64,000 nucleotides of DNA from Methanobacteriota archaeon (GCA_014239955.1 JAAZXW010000011.1:1-64000), one strand, 5' to 3'. Shown: positions 1 through 9,526, counted from the first letter of the stretch. Numbers and translations: made by a program. Notes: generated by a model not told the origin, from the letters alone.

Positions 1-238
1 CAATGACGACCGCAACGGAAACCGCAATGACGACCGCAACGGAAACCGCAACGGAAACCGCAACGGAAACCGCAACGGAAACCGCAACGGAAACCGCAAC
101 GGAAACCGCAACGGAAACCGCAACGGAAACCGCAATGACGACCGCAATGATGGCCGCAGCAAGCAGGTGACCAAGTACCAAGACAAGCGAAAGGGAAGGT
201 CTCGTGGACCTCCCAAGAAGATAGACTCTAGGGCTTAG
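1..238 (+). CDS. 3' end of a gene encoding a low-complexity (NGNR/NDDR)n repeat protein; partial, the 5' end lies outside the window
   Basis: Frame 2 reads through the 12-bp repeats as NDDR-NGNR-...(NGNR)x9...NDGRSKQVTKYQDKRKGRSRGPPKKIDSRA, with stop TAG at 236-238; the tail is basic. Confidence 0.35.
   Translation, partial: NDDRNGNRNDDRNGNRNGNRNGNRNGNRNGNRNGNRNGNRNGNRNDDRNDGRSKQVTKYQDKRKGRSRGPPKKIDSRA
2..157. repeat. Tandem 12-bp direct repeat, about 13 units (AACGGAAACCGC x10 plus AATGACGACCGC / AATGATGGCCGC variants)
   Basis: Read directly: 9 consecutive identical units between 38 and 145, flanked by variant units. Confidence 0.9.
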
Positions 239-285
239 TAAGAATGCCGCAGCAGGCCCCCTGGACCCCAATCAAATGGAAATGA

Positions 286-1035
286 TTGGTATCAATTCAA
301 ATACTAACCATTCTTGGTTTGCACGTGAGGTTATTCAGGTTCGACAACTCCATCGCAGTCCCGAGAAAATGGTTGACCCGTCATCAGATCAAGAGGTACA
401 AGGGCAGCACGCTCGGGATACTCCACGAGCCCGAGGAGGAAGGGCATTTCCTAGAGGCACTCGGGTCCCTGTCTGAGGGGGGGGCATATCTGAACATTGG
501 CGCTGCATGGGGGTACTACTCCTTACTCGCCAAGAAGACACGTCCAGATCTGGATGTTTTTGCAGTAGAGGCGCATCCGAAGATGTGTAGCAGGATATTC
601 GAGGGATCCATGATCAATGGGGTTAATGGAATTTCTGTTTTCAACTCCGCAGTGGTCGGAAAGGATGGGCTAAACGATGGCCCGATGAAGATAAAATTCG
701 GGTATGGGGCATCCGTTAGATCCGCAAACTCGGCAGAGGATAGTGATTCTATGATCGTCAAACTCGTCGATATGGATGGCCTTCTACAATCTGTGCCCAA
801 TTCTGACCTGCTAGTTAGCATGGACGTTCAGGGTTCGGAAGAAGGGATTTGCAGGGACCTAGCCGCCGACCCCAGCATGGGGGCTAGGATATCCACCATC
901 ATTGTAGGCACCCATGGTGCCGACATTCATGAATCGTGCAAGGGATTCCTAATGGAAGCCGGATTCTCGATAATATTGGACGAGCCGGCACCATTGGAAC
1001 AGCCAGACGGTATCATCTTGGCTTCTAGGCAGTAA
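286..1035 (+). CDS. FkbM-family methyltransferase (putative)
   Basis: GAYLNIGAAWGYYS resembles the FkbM SAM-binding motif (V/L-D/N-I-G-A-N-x-G); 249-aa ORF. Confidence 0.4.
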   Translation: MVSIQILTILGLHVRLFRFDNSIAVPRKWLTRHQIKRYKGSTLGILHEPEEEGHFLEALGSLSEGGAYLNIGAAWGYYSLLAKKTRPDLDVFAVEAHPKMCSRIFEGSMINGVNGISVFNSAVVGKDGLNDGPMKIKFGYGASVRSANSAEDSDSMIVKLVDMDGLLQSVPNSDLLVSMDVQGSEEGICRDLAADPSMGARISTIIVGTHGADIHESCKGFLMEAGFSIILDEPAPLEQPDGIILASRQ

Positions 1036-1069
1036 TCGGTTACTTGTAGGGGGGGCTCTCGCGAAGGCT

Positions 1070-2728
1070 GTGGCTAGGGAGCTGATTCGACTCGAGGAGG
1101 TCCACAGGGCCTTCGGGCCTCTCACTGTTCTAGAGGGAGTCAACCTTCGCATAGACGAAGGAGATCGCATCGGTGTCATCGGGCATAACGGCTCGGGAAA
1201 AACCACCTTGCTTCGCACCATCAGCAACCAGGATCAAGACGTTGGCGACATCACATTCGCCCCAGCATTGAGGCTCGCCTTCCTGACACAGGTCCGCGAC
1301 ATCGACGACGAAGCCACTCTGGGCGAGGAGCTCAGTCGCAGGGGCCGGCAGTTCCTCGAGTTGGAGGAGGAGATTTCCGAAATCGAGGGAAGGATGGAAG
1401 AACCGTCGTTCTACGAGGGAGACTGGCAGCCTACAATGGAGAGATACCAGGAGCTGCAGAGCCTCATGGCTCGCTCCGGTGGCGGGGACGTCGCAGGGCA
1501 TGCAACTGAGATACTCAAGGCACTGAATCTGGATCAAAGCTCAATGGAGGTTCCTCTGAACTCGCTCTCCGGAGGGGAGCGCGCTAAGGTAGCCCTTGCC
1601 AGGCAGCTCGTCGGACTGGATCAGATTGACGTCTTCTTCTTGGACGAGCCAACAAACCATCTCGACTTCAACACCCTTGAGTGGCTGGAGAGGTTCCTGA
1701 ACAGGTTTGAGGGTGCACTGATGATAGTCAGTCACGACAGGTACTTCCTCGACAGGGTCTGCAACAACATCGCAGAGGTCCAGGATGCACACATTCGCGG
1801 TTACCCTGGGAACTACACATCCTACCTAAAGCAGAAGGAGATTTTCCTTCAGACCCTGAATGACAGGATAGAGAAGACTCAGAAGGAGATTAAGCGCCTG
1901 CAGGGTGCGATGCAGTCGATGAAGAGGTCCAACAAGTTCGACAAGTCGGTATCCCAGAAGCATTTCATGATCACGCGCTCCCAGAGGGAGCTGAAGTGGC
2001 TCAAGTCATTGAAACCAAGGAAGCGTCAGAGTCTGAACTTCAATCTACAGTCCGCGGAGAAGAGCAGCCTCGATGTCCTGGAGTTCCGCGATGCTAGTCT
2101 GTCATTCGACTCCCTATCGAGACCCATCTTCAAGGATCTGGTAGTGAGTGTCAGGAGAGGTCAGAAGATCGGCGTGATAGGTCCGAACGGTGTTGGTAAG
2201 ACTACCCTCCTCCGCCTCATTACCGGGGACTTGGAACTCGATTCAGGGAATCTAGAGATCAGTCCCGGGGTGCAAATCGGGTACTTCCACCAGGATCACA
2301 GAACTCTTGACTTCGACCTCACGCCGGTCGAGGAGGTCCGGAGACTCAAACCAAGGATGGACTATGGGGATCTGAGAGCCCTACTTGGGCAATTCCAGTT
2401 CACCAATGATATGGTCTCGACACCCCTCAGCAAGCTGAGTGGTGGTGAGAGGGCTAGGATAGCTCTCCTCCGGCTCCTCCTTGAGGAGAACAACATGCTG
2501 CTACTGGACGAGCCGACGAACCACCTCGACACGGATGCTAAGGAGGCACTAGAGATGGCGCTGACCGAGTTCGACGGGGGGATAATCACCGTGAGTCATG
2601 ACCGGTACTTTCTGGACAAGGTGTGTGATACAATTTGGGACTTGCAGGGAGATGGTAGCCTGGTGGTGTGGCCCGGTAATTACTCTGAGTACAAGAGCCG
2701 AACAATCTCGTCCACGCACAATAGTTAG
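1070..2728 (+). CDS. ABC-F family ATPase: two tandem ABC domains with no transmembrane domain and a basic inter-domain linker
   Basis: Walker A GHNGSGKTTLL and GPNGVGKTTLL; signatures LSGGERAKVALA and LSGGERARIALL; Walker B LDEPTNHLD twice; Lys/Arg-rich linker of about 90 aa; GTG start. Confidence 0.8.
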   Translation: MARELIRLEEVHRAFGPLTVLEGVNLRIDEGDRIGVIGHNGSGKTTLLRTISNQDQDVGDITFAPALRLAFLTQVRDIDDEATLGEELSRRGRQFLELEEEISEIEGRMEEPSFYEGDWQPTMERYQELQSLMARSGGGDVAGHATEILKALNLDQSSMEVPLNSLSGGERAKVALARQLVGLDQIDVFFLDEPTNHLDFNTLEWLERFLNRFEGALMIVSHDRYFLDRVCNNIAEVQDAHIRGYPGNYTSYLKQKEIFLQTLNDRIEKTQKEIKRLQGAMQSMKRSNKFDKSVSQKHFMITRSQRELKWLKSLKPRKRQSLNFNLQSAEKSSLDVLEFRDASLSFDSLSRPIFKDLVVSVRRGQKIGVIGPNGVGKTTLLRLITGDLELDSGNLEISPGVQIGYFHQDHRTLDFDLTPVEEVRRLKPRMDYGDLRALLGQFQFTNDMVSTPLSKLSGGERARIALLRLLLEENNMLLLDEPTNHLDTDAKEALEMALTEFDGGIITVSHDRYFLDKVCDTIWDLQGDGSLVVWPGNYSEYKSRTISSTHNS

Positions 2729-2774
2729 AGCCCCGAGAGACTCTATTCAAGTAGAATGACTCCAAGGAGTCGAC

Positions 2775-3446
2775 ATGCTCCGTCTGGTCTACTTCCCGTC
2801 CCCTGGTCGAGCAGAGGCTATTCGTGTAGCACTCTCGCTTTCAGGCTCGGAATGGGAGGATTCGACCATTGATGGAGAACGCTTCCAGGCCATGAAGGAA
2901 GGAGGGGAACTCCCATGGGGGATGGTACCAGTATTGCAAACCCCTGACGGGACCATCGCCGAGTCTTCGGCAATTCTGAGATTCGTCGGTCGCTTGGCCG
3001 GCCTGGTTCCCGAGGACCCATACCAATGCGCCAAGGCTGACGAGTTCATCGATGGCATGGAGCCGTTGTCCAAGTCTCTCGACTCGACGTTCAGGATTGC
3101 TTCCGTGGACGAGAGGATACGACTCCGGAAGGAGGTGTTTGGCCCTAGTGGCAAGGGAACTAGGAACCTCATTCGCCTCGAGGGGAAGGTGACCGAGTCG
3201 GAGACCGGATGGGCAGCGGGGACCGATGAAATGAGCATCGCTGACTTGAAACTCTTCACCGGGCTGTTCGGGTTGTTCTCTGGAAACTATGATGGCATCG
3301 ATGCCTCGGTGATTTCAGAATACCCCGGACTCATTGCATACCATGGAAAGGTTTCCACAGAGCCTCGAATCAAATCACATTATGCCGATGTCAAGGCAGA
3401 AGACATCCGCTGGACATTCCTCCCCGGTGCATTCGAAGGACAGTGA
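2775..3446 (+). CDS. Glutathione S-transferase family protein
   Basis: N-terminal thioredoxin-like GST motif VPVLQTPDGTIAESSAILRFV (the cis-Pro/Ser region typical of GST_N); 223 aa. Confidence 0.55.
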   Translation: MLRLVYFPSPGRAEAIRVALSLSGSEWEDSTIDGERFQAMKEGGELPWGMVPVLQTPDGTIAESSAILRFVGRLAGLVPEDPYQCAKADEFIDGMEPLSKSLDSTFRIASVDERIRLRKEVFGPSGKGTRNLIRLEGKVTESETGWAAGTDEMSIADLKLFTGLFGLFSGNYDGIDASVISEYPGLIAYHGKVSTEPRIKSHYADVKAEDIRWTFLPGAFEGQ

Positions 3447-3452
3447 TTTCTA

Positions 3453-3719
3453 GTGATTGACGCATTACTCGACTTCGCCCATGGCGAATTGGTCGCATAT
3501 CTGGGGATGATCCTCATTCTGAGTGCATTCTTCATGGAGACGCAGGATATCATGCATAGTAAGGCAGCACCTTACCTGGGATTGATGGCATTGGGCTCGG
3601 GACTACTCGCAATACGCGCATATCTGATCGACGAATGGGCATTCTTCATTCTCGAAGTGGCTTGGTTCGCAGCCGCAGTACTGGGGCTGTGGTCATTGTG
3701 GTCATCCCTGAGTAGATAA
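3453..3719 (+). CDS. Small hydrophobic membrane protein, hypothetical
   Basis: 88-aa ORF with 2-3 predicted TM helices. Confidence 0.3.
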   Translation: MIDALLDFAHGELVAYLGMILILSAFFMETQDIMHSKAAPYLGLMALGSGLLAIRAYLIDEWAFFILEVAWFAAAVLGLWSLWSSLSR

Positions 3720-3807
3720 TCGAAAATCCACGCTTGTAACGCGAATTCCCTGCTGTTATTCCACCCAGTGTATCTCGATTTCGAGTTCCAGAATCGTGGT
3801 CGACATC

Positions 3808-4488
3808 TCAGGAAACCACTTCATTCTCCCGTTCGGTTTCAGGATAATGCTTCACAAGCCACAAGAAGCAGATGTAGAAAACCACGGGCGCCACAACCCA
3901 AACCGCTTGCGGGATCAACGTGTAGCCGGGCGACATCGGTGCGGAACCGGGCACGACCGGGATAATCACAGGGTTCCAAGACAGTGGTTCGTAGATCCAG
4001 ACTCTTCCGTTGAACAGATACTCGACTAGCAACTCCTGGAAGATCCCCCAGGAGGACATGATGACGAGCTCTTTCCGTTCGAATCTCTCGAATATTTTCC
4101 CATCCAGACAACGATGACACAGGTATACGCCGAACATGAAAATTGCACCATCCCAAATCGAATGCGAGACTTTGCGCGGCCATCCATCCAGGCCCCATGG
4201 CCAATCCACTGCTCCATGGAGGAATTCAGGGCCCAGAAAGAGGAACGTGAACTCCCAAGTCGAACCAATGAGGGCCCCTGCCCAGAAGGCATACAGGTAG
4301 GACCGGGGGATTTGCCCAGTTCGATACAGCCAATGGAACAGGGCCACGAAAATCACTGCCAACGCGAAATCAGCGACCATTAGGAAGGCCGCTAGTGGCT
4401 CCATGGTCGTTGTGGCATAAATTGCCTCATAGTGCCATTGGTTGAAATTCATTACGTTGCAAGGTCCATAGGATAGGATTGAAGACAC
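3808..4488 (-). CDS. Polytopic membrane protein, hypothetical; the true start may be the internal Met (MEPLAAFLM)
   Basis: 226-aa ORF with multiple hydrophobic, Trp-rich segments. Confidence 0.35.
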   Translation of the reverse strand: MSSILSYGPCNVMNFNQWHYEAIYATTTMEPLAAFLMVADFALAVIFVALFHWLYRTGQIPRSYLYAFWAGALIGSTWEFTFLFLGPEFLHGAVDWPWGLDGWPRKVSHSIWDGAIFMFGVYLCHRCLDGKIFERFERKELVIMSSWGIFQELLVEYLFNGRVWIYEPLSWNPVIIPVVPGSAPMSPGYTLIPQAVWVVAPVVFYICFLWLVKHYPETERENEVVS

Positions 4489-4506
4489 CCAGTCCTAGCG
4501 AGAGGC

Positions 4507-6276
4507 ATGCCCGAGGCACGGCACCCACTGGCCCGACTCATGACTCAGATGAGGGACCAGAGGGGGACAATCATCCTCGCATCAATTTGCTCCGTCCTGA
4601 ACAAGATATGGGACCTGGCACCTCCCGTCCTGATCGGGATGGCCATTGATGTAGTGCATCAACAGGAGGAGTCTTTCCTAGCTGACTACGGATACGTAGA
4701 TCCGTGGGTGCAGCTTCAGGTCCTCGCTGGCATCACAGTTGTAATCTGGGTCCTAGAGTCTCTTTTCCAGTACTTCTACGGGATCCTGTGGAGGAACCTA
4801 GCGCAGACCGCGCAGCACGAACTTAGAATGGATGCATACCGGCACATCCAGAACTTGGAGATGCAGTGGTTCTCCGAGCAGAGCACTGGCGGCCTCATGG
4901 CGATAATGAATGACGACGTCAACCAGCTCGAGAGGTTCCTAGACCACGGGGCCAACGACCTCCTGCAAGTGGGGACCACCGTTATCGTGGTAAGTGGAAT
5001 CATGTTCTCGCTCGCACCAGAGGTCGCGATTCTCGCGATTCTCCCGGTCCCAATCATCGTCGGGGGCTCGTTCCTCTACCAGAGGAGGATAGGGGCCCGC
5101 TACACCGAGGTCCGCAAGGAGGTGGCAGAGCTGAACGCCATCCTGAACAACAACCTGCAAGGAATCACCACGATCAAGTCGTTCACTGCTGAGGAGAGGG
5201 AGGCACAGAGGGTAAGTGAGGCATCCCAGTCATACAGGGATGCGAACAGGTCCGCCATCCAACTCTCCGCCTCGTTCGTACCGCTGATCAGGATGGCCAT
5301 CCTATTCGCCTTCACAGCAAACCTCCTCGTTGGCGGGAAGTATGCCCTCGAAGGGAAGATAGGCCTAGGGGAGTACTCAGTCATAGTGTTCATCACCCAA
5401 CGCCTACTATGGCCCCTCACCAGGCTTGGAGAGACCTTCGACCTTTACCAGAGGGCCATCGCATCCACAAGCAGGGTTCTCGACCTACTCGACACCGAGA
5501 TCGGAGTGGTCGAGGGCGATACCAGACTTGGGGGGGTCGAAGGTGACATCAAGTTCGAGGGCATCCGGTTCACATATCCCGGGAGGGAAGCCGTCCTGAG
5601 GGGTATCGACCTAGACGTGTCAGCAGGGAAGACAGTCGGCCTCGTGGGAGCGACCGGTTCCGGCAAGACGACCCTGGTACGACTTCTCCTCAGGTTCCAC
5701 GACCCGCTTGAGGGTAGTGTAACCTTGGATGGTCATGATGTCAGGGAACTCAAGCTAGACTCACTGAGGGGGGCGGTATCTCTGGTCAGTCAGACCACGA
5801 CCCTGTTCCCTGGGACGGTTAGGGACAACGTGCTCTATGGCAGACCAGAGGCCTCCGAAGAAGAGATGGTCGAGGCCGCCCGCATCGCAGAGGCGACCGG
5901 ATTCATCGATGAGCTTCCCGAGGGCTGGGGGACTAACATCGGGGAGGACGGTCACCGACTATCAGGGGGCCAGAGGCAGAGGTTAGCAATCGCCCGCGCA
6001 GTCCTGAAGGACGCACCCGTTCTGATCCTCGACGAGGCTACGAGTAATGTGGACAACGAGACTGAGGCAGCACTACAGCGCTCGATTGAGAGGATCTCAC
6101 GCGACCGGACTACCCTCATTATCGCCCACAGACTCTCCACTGTGAGGAACGCAGACACCATCGCGGTGATGGAGTGGGGCCAGATTACGGAGATGGGCAG
6201 CCATGACGAGCTCGTCTCCCAAGAAGGTCTGTATGCGAGGTTGTGGGCGGTCCAGACCGGGGAGGCATCGGAATGA
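4507..6276 (+). CDS. ABC exporter with fused permease and ATPase (MsbA/multidrug type)
   Basis: N-terminal six-helix TMD; C-terminal NBD with GATGSGKTTL, LSGGQRQRLAIARA and ILDEATS. Confidence 0.85.
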   Translation: MPEARHPLARLMTQMRDQRGTIILASICSVLNKIWDLAPPVLIGMAIDVVHQQEESFLADYGYVDPWVQLQVLAGITVVIWVLESLFQYFYGILWRNLAQTAQHELRMDAYRHIQNLEMQWFSEQSTGGLMAIMNDDVNQLERFLDHGANDLLQVGTTVIVVSGIMFSLAPEVAILAILPVPIIVGGSFLYQRRIGARYTEVRKEVAELNAILNNNLQGITTIKSFTAEEREAQRVSEASQSYRDANRSAIQLSASFVPLIRMAILFAFTANLLVGGKYALEGKIGLGEYSVIVFITQRLLWPLTRLGETFDLYQRAIASTSRVLDLLDTEIGVVEGDTRLGGVEGDIKFEGIRFTYPGREAVLRGIDLDVSAGKTVGLVGATGSGKTTLVRLLLRFHDPLEGSVTLDGHDVRELKLDSLRGAVSLVSQTTTLFPGTVRDNVLYGRPEASEEEMVEAARIAEATGFIDELPEGWGTNIGEDGHRLSGGQRQRLAIARAVLKDAPVLILDEATSNVDNETEAALQRSIERISRDRTTLIIAHRLSTVRNADTIAVMEWGQITEMGSHDELVSQEGLYARLWAVQTGEASE

Positions 6277-6692
6277 GCCACGAGGATAGCGTACCGAGGT
6301 TGAACAACCTGGCAGAGTCCCTCGGCATGGAGATAACTGACTTCAGCGAGGGGATGTGCGTCGTCGAACTCACTGTGGAGGAGAAGCACCTGAACATGGG
6401 GGGGATGGCTCACGGAGGGGTGCACGCGACTCTGCTGGACACGGCAATGGGGGGGACACTCGTCTCGATAATCTCCAAGGAGGAGTGGTGCGCTACAGCC
6501 CAGCTAGACATCTCGTACCTGAATGCGGTTAACGAGGGAGTCCATCTCGTAGCCACAGCCGAGGTCGTACGAAGGGGGAGGAACCTTGCCCATGTAGAGG
6601 GCAAGCTCGCAACTGGGGAGGGCAAGCTGGTGGCCACTGCCAAGGGGACGTGGGCTATCTGGGAGACTCGTCCAAAGAGAAGAGGCGGCTGA
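6273..6692 (+). CDS. PaaI/hotdog-fold thioesterase
   Basis: Hotdog thioesterase pattern ...HLNMGGMAHGGVHATLLDTAMG...; ATGA start/stop overlap with the upstream ABC gene. Confidence 0.6.
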   Translation: MSHEDSVPRLNNLAESLGMEITDFSEGMCVVELTVEEKHLNMGGMAHGGVHATLLDTAMGGTLVSIISKEEWCATAQLDISYLNAVNEGVHLVATAEVVRRGRNLAHVEGKLATGEGKLVATAKGTWAIWETRPKRRGG

Positions 6693-6738
6693 TTCAGACC
6701 CATGCAGGGGTCAAATTCAAGAGGGGTAATATCCTCTT

Positions 6739-7089
6739 GTGACCATGGCAAGGAAGGACTCTATCACATGGTTCATGATGGGAATAGCGCAGATACTAAT
6801 TGGAGAAGCAATCATCGAGGCAGGTACATCTGAACTTATGGGGACATTGATTCAGTGGTCTGGAGGGGGGACACTAGCCCTCGGATTCTATTTCCTACTT
6901 TTCTTGGCTCGACACGAAGGAGAGTTCTCAGAAGTATATAGCAAGGCCGAGAAGACCATCATGATGACGGATCCAGCAACTGGCAGGAAGGAGCTAGTAG
7001 ACAACTCCCCCACCGGGGTCAAGGCAGCTTGGTACGCAGTGCCCATTGTGATGACATTCATAGGTGCGATGGCCTGGCTTGTTGGCTGA
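6739..7089 (+). CDS. Small membrane protein, hypothetical
   Basis: 116-aa ORF with 3 TM segments. Confidence 0.3.
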   Translation: MTMARKDSITWFMMGIAQILIGEAIIEAGTSELMGTLIQWSGGGTLALGFYFLLFLARHEGEFSEVYSKAEKTIMMTDPATGRKELVDNSPTGVKAAWYAVPIVMTFIGAMAWLVG

Positions 7090-7098
7090 GGAAGCCTG

Positions 7099-7362
7099 AT
7101 GACCCCTAGAGAAGACGAGACCATCGTCGACAAGGCAATCGGAAACCCGGCATTCGATCAGATGTTCGGGTATCACATATTCTTCAGAAGAGCTGCCATC
7201 CCTGTCCTACTTTTCCTGATAGGGCTGCTGGCTTACACCATCTTCGACTCATTCCTCTCTTCTCAGAACACACTCACGCTGTCCTTTATCGTGGTCGGCC
7301 TCTCCTTGGGCCCGATTCTGAACCTGGAGCGCTACATGGGGGCCCTATTGTCAAGGAAATGA
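7099..7362 (+). CDS. Small membrane protein, hypothetical
   Basis: 87-aa ORF with 2 TM segments; sits immediately upstream of the NfeD/flotillin pair. Confidence 0.3.
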   Translation: MTPREDETIVDKAIGNPAFDQMFGYHIFFRRAAIPVLLFLIGLLAYTIFDSFLSSQNTLTLSFIVVGLSLGPILNLERYMGALLSRK

Positions 7363-7372
7363 GACTTTTTTG
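7363..7372 (+). terminator. T6 tract immediately after the stop codon; possible archaeal oligo-T terminator
   Basis: gacTTTTTTgac directly follows TGA at 7360-7362. Confidence 0.2.
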
Positions 7373-7422
7373 ACACTCGTGCCGCCGAACAAGTCAAATC
7401 TTACCCATCTCACGCAGTTACG

Positions 7423-8010
7423 ATGGCTGAGTTCAGTTTGTTCGGATTAATAGGTTTTGGAGATGCAACGGGGGTTGAGCTGCTCTTCGCAGCAAGTGCG
7501 CTTGTGGGGGGGATACTGTTCGTCCTCTACTTCTTCCTGCTGATGATCGGAGGCATTGCTACCGATGTCTTTGGTGGCTTATTTGGCATCGATGTCGACC
7601 TAGGGGCCGATGCCTCATTCAAGGCTCTAACTTTCCAGGGAATCATGGCATTCTTGATGTTCTTCGGCCTTGGTGGCCTTTACGTTCTGAAGTCAGACGG
7701 GGGTGCCAGCCTTTCTATCCTCGCAGGGGGCATCGCAGGGGGGGCTTCAATGTACGCCACAGGGAAATTGTTCGAACTCTTTGTCACTTTGCAGCAGGAT
7801 GGAACTACCGACCTCGTCGAGGCAATCGGGTCAAAGGGGCAGACATACCTGAGGATAGCCACTGACGGGGTAGGACAGGTCACCGTGGAGGTGAACGGGG
7901 CTCAGAGGACATACAATGCAAAGTCAGAGGACAATACCGGAATAGCAACTGGGGATTTCATCGAGGTAGTCGATGTCATCGGTGAGGTCTTGGTCGTGAA
8001 GAGGATATAA
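7423..8010 (+). CDS. NfeD-family membrane protein (partner of a stomatin/flotillin protein)
   Basis: N-terminal TM helices plus a C-terminal OB-fold beta domain (GQTYLRIATDGVGQVTVEVNGAQRTYNAKSED...GDFIEVVDVIGEVLVVKRI). Confidence 0.65.
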   Translation: MAEFSLFGLIGFGDATGVELLFAASALVGGILFVLYFFLLMIGGIATDVFGGLFGIDVDLGADASFKALTFQGIMAFLMFFGLGGLYVLKSDGGASLSILAGGIAGGASMYATGKLFELFVTLQQDGTTDLVEAIGSKGQTYLRIATDGVGQVTVEVNGAQRTYNAKSEDNTGIATGDFIEVVDVIGEVLVVKRI

Positions 8011-8107
8011 CTTCTCGATGAAATTTCTTGTTCCATTATCACCCCATAGACCGCGACGGGTAAGCATTCATAGGTAACCAACCCTTCTTCTTGAATGAGT
8101 TGAGCCA

Positions 8108-9526
8108 ATGGCAACGTCAGCAGATATACTAGGAATAATGATTTTTGCAGTTGTACTGATTCTTGTGGCCGCTGTGATGTTTTTCGCACAGCGATACAAG
8201 AGATGTCCACCTGACCAGATAATGGTGATTTACGGTAGGACCGAAAGGACGGCCGACGGACGCCCGAAACCATCCAAGATATTGCATGGCGGCGCTGCGC
8301 TGGTATGGCCCTTGATTCAGGACTATGCATACATCTCACTGAAGCCGATGACGATCAACATTAACCTCGAGAAAGCACTGTCTCTACAGAACATCAGGAT
8401 CAACGTTCCGAGCACCTTCACAATCGGTGTGTCCACTGAGCCGGCCATCATGGCCAATGCAGCAGAGCGTCTTCTTGCGTTCAAGGCCGATGACATAGAG
8501 GAGATGGCCAAGGAGATAATCTTCGGTCAACTCCGTCTCACTGTCGCGACCCTCACAATCGAGCAGATCAACCAGGACCGTGACTCCTTCCTTGAGCTGA
8601 TTCAGAAGAACGTCGGCCAGGAGATGAGGAAGGTTGGGCTGTATCTGATCAACGTTAACATAGCGGACATTACAGATGAGTCGGACTACATCGAGAGCAT
8701 CGGCAAGAAGGCCGCATCCACTGCTGTGGAGCAGGCTAGGATAGATGTTGCAAACGCCCAGAGGGACGGTGCAATCGGTCAGGCAAAGGCAGACAGGGCC
8801 AAGGATATTGAGGTGGCGCAGAACGATGCCGAGGCAGAGAAGGGCCGTAAGGCCGCCCAGGCCGACCAGCGCGTATACGTCGAGCAGCAAGAGGCCATGG
8901 CTGTTGCTGGTGAAAATTCAGCCCAGGCCGAGATCGCTATGGCGAACGCCGACCTAGCTGAGGCAGAGGCGTCAGCCAAACAGCGGGCCGATGTAGCCAC
9001 CGCTAAATCCGAGGCAGAGATTGCTAAGGCAGCATACGACGAAGAGGAGCAAAAGCTCAGGGCTAGTGAGATCGTTCGTGAGACAATCACTAAGCAACAG
9101 ATAGAGATTGCAGCAGAGGCCGATGCTCAGAGGCAGAGGCTAATCGCTCGGGGTGAGGCCGATGCTATTCTCGCTAAGTACGAGGCAGAGGCCGAGGGTA
9201 TCCAGAAGGTCCTCGAATCCAAGGCTAAGGGGTACAGCAACCTAGTTGCCAGCGCTTCCGGAGATCCGAAGGCAGCAGCAACCCTACTAATGGTCGAAAA
9301 GATCGAGTCCATGGTCAATGCACAGACGGAGGCCATTCGGAATCTGAAGATAGACAAGATCACAGTATGGGATAGTGGGAACGACGCAGACGGAAACTCA
9401 GCTACTAGCAACTTCGTTAGCAGCCTAGTGCAGAGCCTGCCACCAATCCATGACGTAGCCAAGATGTCGGGCGTTGAACTCCCAGACTACCTGGGCTCAT
9501 TGACCGATGATTCTGTCGAGTCTTGA
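8108..9526 (+). CDS. Flotillin-like SPFH/band-7 protein (YqiK/FloA type)
   Basis: N-terminal TM, SPFH domain, and a long Ala/Glu-rich coiled-coil region (AEAEKGRKAAQADQ... EAEAEG). Confidence 0.8.
   Translation: MATSADILGIMIFAVVLILVAAVMFFAQRYKRCPPDQIMVIYGRTERTADGRPKPSKILHGGAALVWPLIQDYAYISLKPMTININLEKALSLQNIRINVPSTFTIGVSTEPAIMANAAERLLAFKADDIEEMAKEIIFGQLRLTVATLTIEQINQDRDSFLELIQKNVGQEMRKVGLYLINVNIADITDESDYIESIGKKAASTAVEQARIDVANAQRDGAIGQAKADRAKDIEVAQNDAEAEKGRKAAQADQRVYVEQQEAMAVAGENSAQAEIAMANADLAEAEASAKQRADVATAKSEAEIAKAAYDEEEQKLRASEIVRETITKQQIEIAAEADAQRQRLIARGEADAILAKYEAEAEGIQKVLESKAKGYSNLVASASGDPKAAATLLMVEKIESMVNAQTEAIRNLKIDKITVWDSGNDADGNSATSNFVSSLVQSLPPIHDVAKMSGVELPDYLGSLTDDSVES

Noticed and set aside
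1-170. 12-bp tandem repeats considered as a possible CRISPR or mini-satellite array
   Set aside because: Units are contiguous with no spacers and only 12 bp long. They sit in an open reading frame that ends at 238, so this is a coding repeat, not a CRISPR array.
276-476. 66-aa plus-strand ORF at the 5' end of the methyltransferase gene
   Set aside because: It is overlapped in another frame by the 249-aa FkbM-like ORF and has no motif support.
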